A stretch of 64,000 bases of DNA, taken from NCBI GenBank assembly GCA_965219455.1, contig OZ244744.1, positions 5,440,001 to 5,504,000 of the forward strand, written 5' to 3'. The notes below the pieces were generated by a model, which saw only the letters and a list, made by a program, of their open reading frames with translations, did no database searches and had not been told where the DNA came from. The stretch comes from Candidatus Latescibacterota bacterium. Its GTDB lineage: Bacteria > Latescibacterota > UBA2968 > GCA-2709665. The position numbers were made by a program, and so were the translations under genes. Positions 61,648 to 64,000 of this stretch are shown here, in pieces; position 1 is the first letter of the stretch; each line of letters begins with the position of its first letter.

Positions 61648-62589
61648 TCAAAGCGTGTCAAGAATTTTGAGAATGGCATCCGGCGCATCGTTCGGGCCCG
61701 CATCGACCCACCTCACGCGCCGCTCCTTTCGAAACCACGTAAGTTGGCGTTTGGCATAGCGCCTTGTACCCGTCTTGATCTGCGCTGCGGTTTCAGACAG
61801 ACCCAATTTGCCGTCCAGATGATCGAAAACCTCGCGATATCCGAACGTATTCAGCGCATTGAGTTCACGGCCATAACCAAGACGTTTCAACGCCCTGACC
61901 TCGTCGACGAGCCCCGAAGCAAACATCCTGTCCACCCGTTCTTCAATCCTCCGGTACAGAAGCCCCCGGTCCATCCCCAGCCCGAACCACTCCGTACGCC
62001 AGTTTCTCGCCCGTTGCGCGGGTTGCTCGTGAAGCACCGAAAGCGGCGTCCCGGTCAGTTCGAAAACCTCCAGTGCGCGTACAACGCGTTTGGTATCGTT
62101 GGCGTGCAACCGTTCGGCCGCCACAGGGTCGACGTCGCGCAGCCTGGCGAAGATTCCGCCGGGGTCCTTCGTTGCTTCGGCCAGAAGACGACCGCGTACG
62201 GCCCCGGTGGTACGTGGAAGCGGTGAGAAGCCGTCGAGAACCGCTTTGAGATAGAGACCCGACCCCCCCACCAGGACCGGAACGCGATTCCGTTCCAGAA
62301 TAGACTCGATTGCCCTGGATGCGTCGCTCGCGTAATGCCCTGCGCTATAATGCTCATCCGGGCTCACAACGTCGATCATATGGTGTTTCGCGAGGGCACG
62401 CTCTTCCAACGTGGGTTTGGCCGTGCCAATGTCCATAGACCGATAGACCTGCCGCGCGTCGGCGGAGACTACTTCACCGCCAAGCGCCCTCGCCAGGGCG
62501 ATGCCGACCCGGGTCTTGCCCGATGCGGTCGGGCCCACGAGTGCCAATACCCGGTGCGGCCTATCTGCTGAATTGCCGGTCGATTTCAT
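61648..62589 (-). CDS. miaA: tRNA dimethylallyltransferase
   Basis: GPTASGKT, DIGTAKP, VGGSGLY and YAKRQLTW motifs. Confidence 0.96.
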   Translation of the reverse strand: MKSTGNSADRPHRVLALVGPTASGKTRVGIALARALGGEVVSADARQVYRSMDIGTAKPTLEERALAKHHMIDVVSPDEHYSAGHYASDASRAIESILERNRVPVLVGGSGLYLKAVLDGFSPLPRTTGAVRGRLLAEATKDPGGIFARLRDVDPVAAERLHANDTKRVVRALEVFELTGTPLSVLHEQPAQRARNWRTEWFGLGMDRGLLYRRIEERVDRMFASGLVDEVRALKRLGYGRELNALNTFGYREVFDHLDGKLGLSETAAQIKTGTRRYAKRQLTWFRKERRVRWVDAGPNDAPDAILKILDTL

Positions 62590-64000
62590 CCAGGGGCATC
62601 TTTACCACGGTTGGCCTGCCCTGCGGGCAGACGAACGGTTCCCGGGTGGCAAACAGGCGATCGATCAGCGCCCGCATCTCCCTTGGCGAGAGCTTCTCTC
62701 CCGTTGGGATGGCCGTGTGCCGGGCATAGGCGGCCGCCAATCGATGCTCAAGCGGAGAAACGACGTTCTGGCGGCTGACCGGGACCGAGGAACGGCGCTC
62801 TTTGTCGGTCAAATCACCTACGATCTCTCGAAGAAGCCGCCCGTCTTCCCATACTTTAAGTTCCACGGGAATGGCATCCACGACCACGGTATTACCGCCA
62901 AAATCCCGTACTCCGAAGCCGATCGCTTCCAACAGCGGCATTGCCTCCCGCACCGTCTGGATCTGCCGCAAGCCAAAGTCAAGCGTGACCGGAAACAGAA
63001 GTCGCTGGCCCAAGCCGGCGTTAGCTTTAAAGCAATCCAGTGTCTGTTCGTAGATCATCCGCTGGTGGGCCAGGTGCTGATCGACAAAAATCAGGCCATT
63101 CTTGATATGCGCCAGGACATATCTGTCGTGCACCTGCCAGACGGAAACCTGATCGACCGTTTCCTCGTCAGTCAGTTCCGCATCGTCCTCCGCGCCCGCG
63201 TGCTTTTCGCGGCTCTCGGCCTTTTTGTTGACGGTCAGGGCAAGCGCCATTTGCACGTCTTCCAGGCCCAGGGGATCTGAAAGATAGGCCTCGCGTTCCA
63301 CGGGCGCGTCCGCAACGCCACCGGCAGGATCCGGCTTAGCGGAAGTGGCCCCGTTTGTAAGGATCGCGGGTTCGGCAAAGCCACTGCCCACTTCCGGAAC
63401 CAGATCCTCCTCCCTCAACCCCGCGCGAACGACTTCGGCAACCGCATCGTAAACCGAGGCCTCGTCCGAAAAACGCACTTCACGTTTGGTGGGGTGCACA
63501 TTGACGTCCAGACGGGAGGGATCCAGTTCCAGTAGAAGCGCAAAGGTGGGATGGAAGCCCTTCACGAGCAGTCCGCCAAATCCATCGTGCACGGCGTGCG
63601 TCACCGCCCGGTCGCGTACCCAGCGCCCGTTGACGACCATCGCCTGTTGTGCGCCCGATTTACGAGCCAGTTCCGGCCGTCCTGCAAACCCCCAAACCCG
63701 GATACCGTGCCGTTCACCGTCCAGGAAAACGGCGTCCCGGCCCAGTTGAACGCCAAATATCGCCTCCAGGCGATGTTGGCGTTCGGACCTCCCCAGGTTC
63801 AGAATTTCGCGCCCGTTGTGAGAAAGCAAAAAGGCAATGGCGGGATAGGCCAAAGCCAGGCCGGTCAGAGCGTCCGCCACGTGTCTGAATTCGGTCTCGA
63901 CACCCTTCAGGAATTTCCGCCTTGCGGGTACATTGAAAAACAGGCCGTGAACGGCGATGGTTGTTCCCCGGTCCCGGCCTGTGGACGTGACATCGCGCAC
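62561..64000 (-). CDS. mutL: DNA mismatch repair protein MutL (5' truncated by window edge)
   Basis: LFFNVPARRKFL, DVNVHPTKREV, DQHLAHQR and CPQGRP motifs; upstream of miaA. Confidence 0.95.
   Translation of the reverse strand: MRDVTSTGRDRGTTIAVHGLFFNVPARRKFLKGVETEFRHVADALTGLALAYPAIAFLLSHNGREILNLGRSERQHRLEAIFGVQLGRDAVFLDGERHGIRVWGFAGRPELARKSGAQQAMVVNGRWVRDRAVTHAVHDGFGGLLVKGFHPTFALLLELDPSRLDVNVHPTKREVRFSDEASVYDAVAEVVRAGLREEDLVPEVGSGFAEPAILTNGATSAKPDPAGGVADAPVEREAYLSDPLGLEDVQMALALTVNKKAESREKHAGAEDDAELTDEETVDQVSVWQVHDRYVLAHIKNGLIFVDQHLAHQRMIYEQTLDCFKANAGLGQRLLFPVTLDFGLRQIQTVREAMPLLEAIGFGVRDFGGNTVVVDAIPVELKVWEDGRLLREIVGDLTDKERRSSVPVSRQNVVSPLEHRLAAAYARHTAIPTGEKLSPREMRALIDRLFATREPFVCPQGRPTVVKMPLDEIDRQFSR

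Overview
Bacterial chromosome segment. The host is inferred to be a Latescibacterota/Gemmatimonadota-like diderm, from a C-terminal dockerin-like/cohesin-like secreted protein and the general gene content. The core backbone comprises gcvT, leuS, asnS, the rimP-nusA-infB-DUF503-rbfA-truB-ribF-rpsO-pnp operon, der, tRNA-Gly(CCC), miaA and mutL. Three non-core stretches stand out. (1) 1-6.4 kb: a transporter operon in which an AcrB-type RND subunit is fused to an ABC ATPase that itself carries a membrane insertion, followed by an ABC-2-like permease. (2) 12.3-19.5 kb: an IS21 remnant, an NHL/cohesin/dockerin protein with an intact IS256 (9-bp target duplication) just upstream, and a DUF2971-like gene. 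(3) ~39-58 kb: a defence island with a PLD-SNF2 helicase carrying an in-frame TAG, an Eco57I-like adenine MTase, an HNH nuclease, a frameshifted PIN-helical giant, Mrr_N, DprA/SLOG and many TA genes. The most unusual structure is a GxxExxY nuclease gene bracketed by ~29-bp inverted repeats. It is preceded by a 127-bp tandem array made of the helicase 3' end plus the GxxExxY 5' end, and has an internally deleted miniature copy 10 kb away. All family assignments are from motif recognition by eye; no searches were run.
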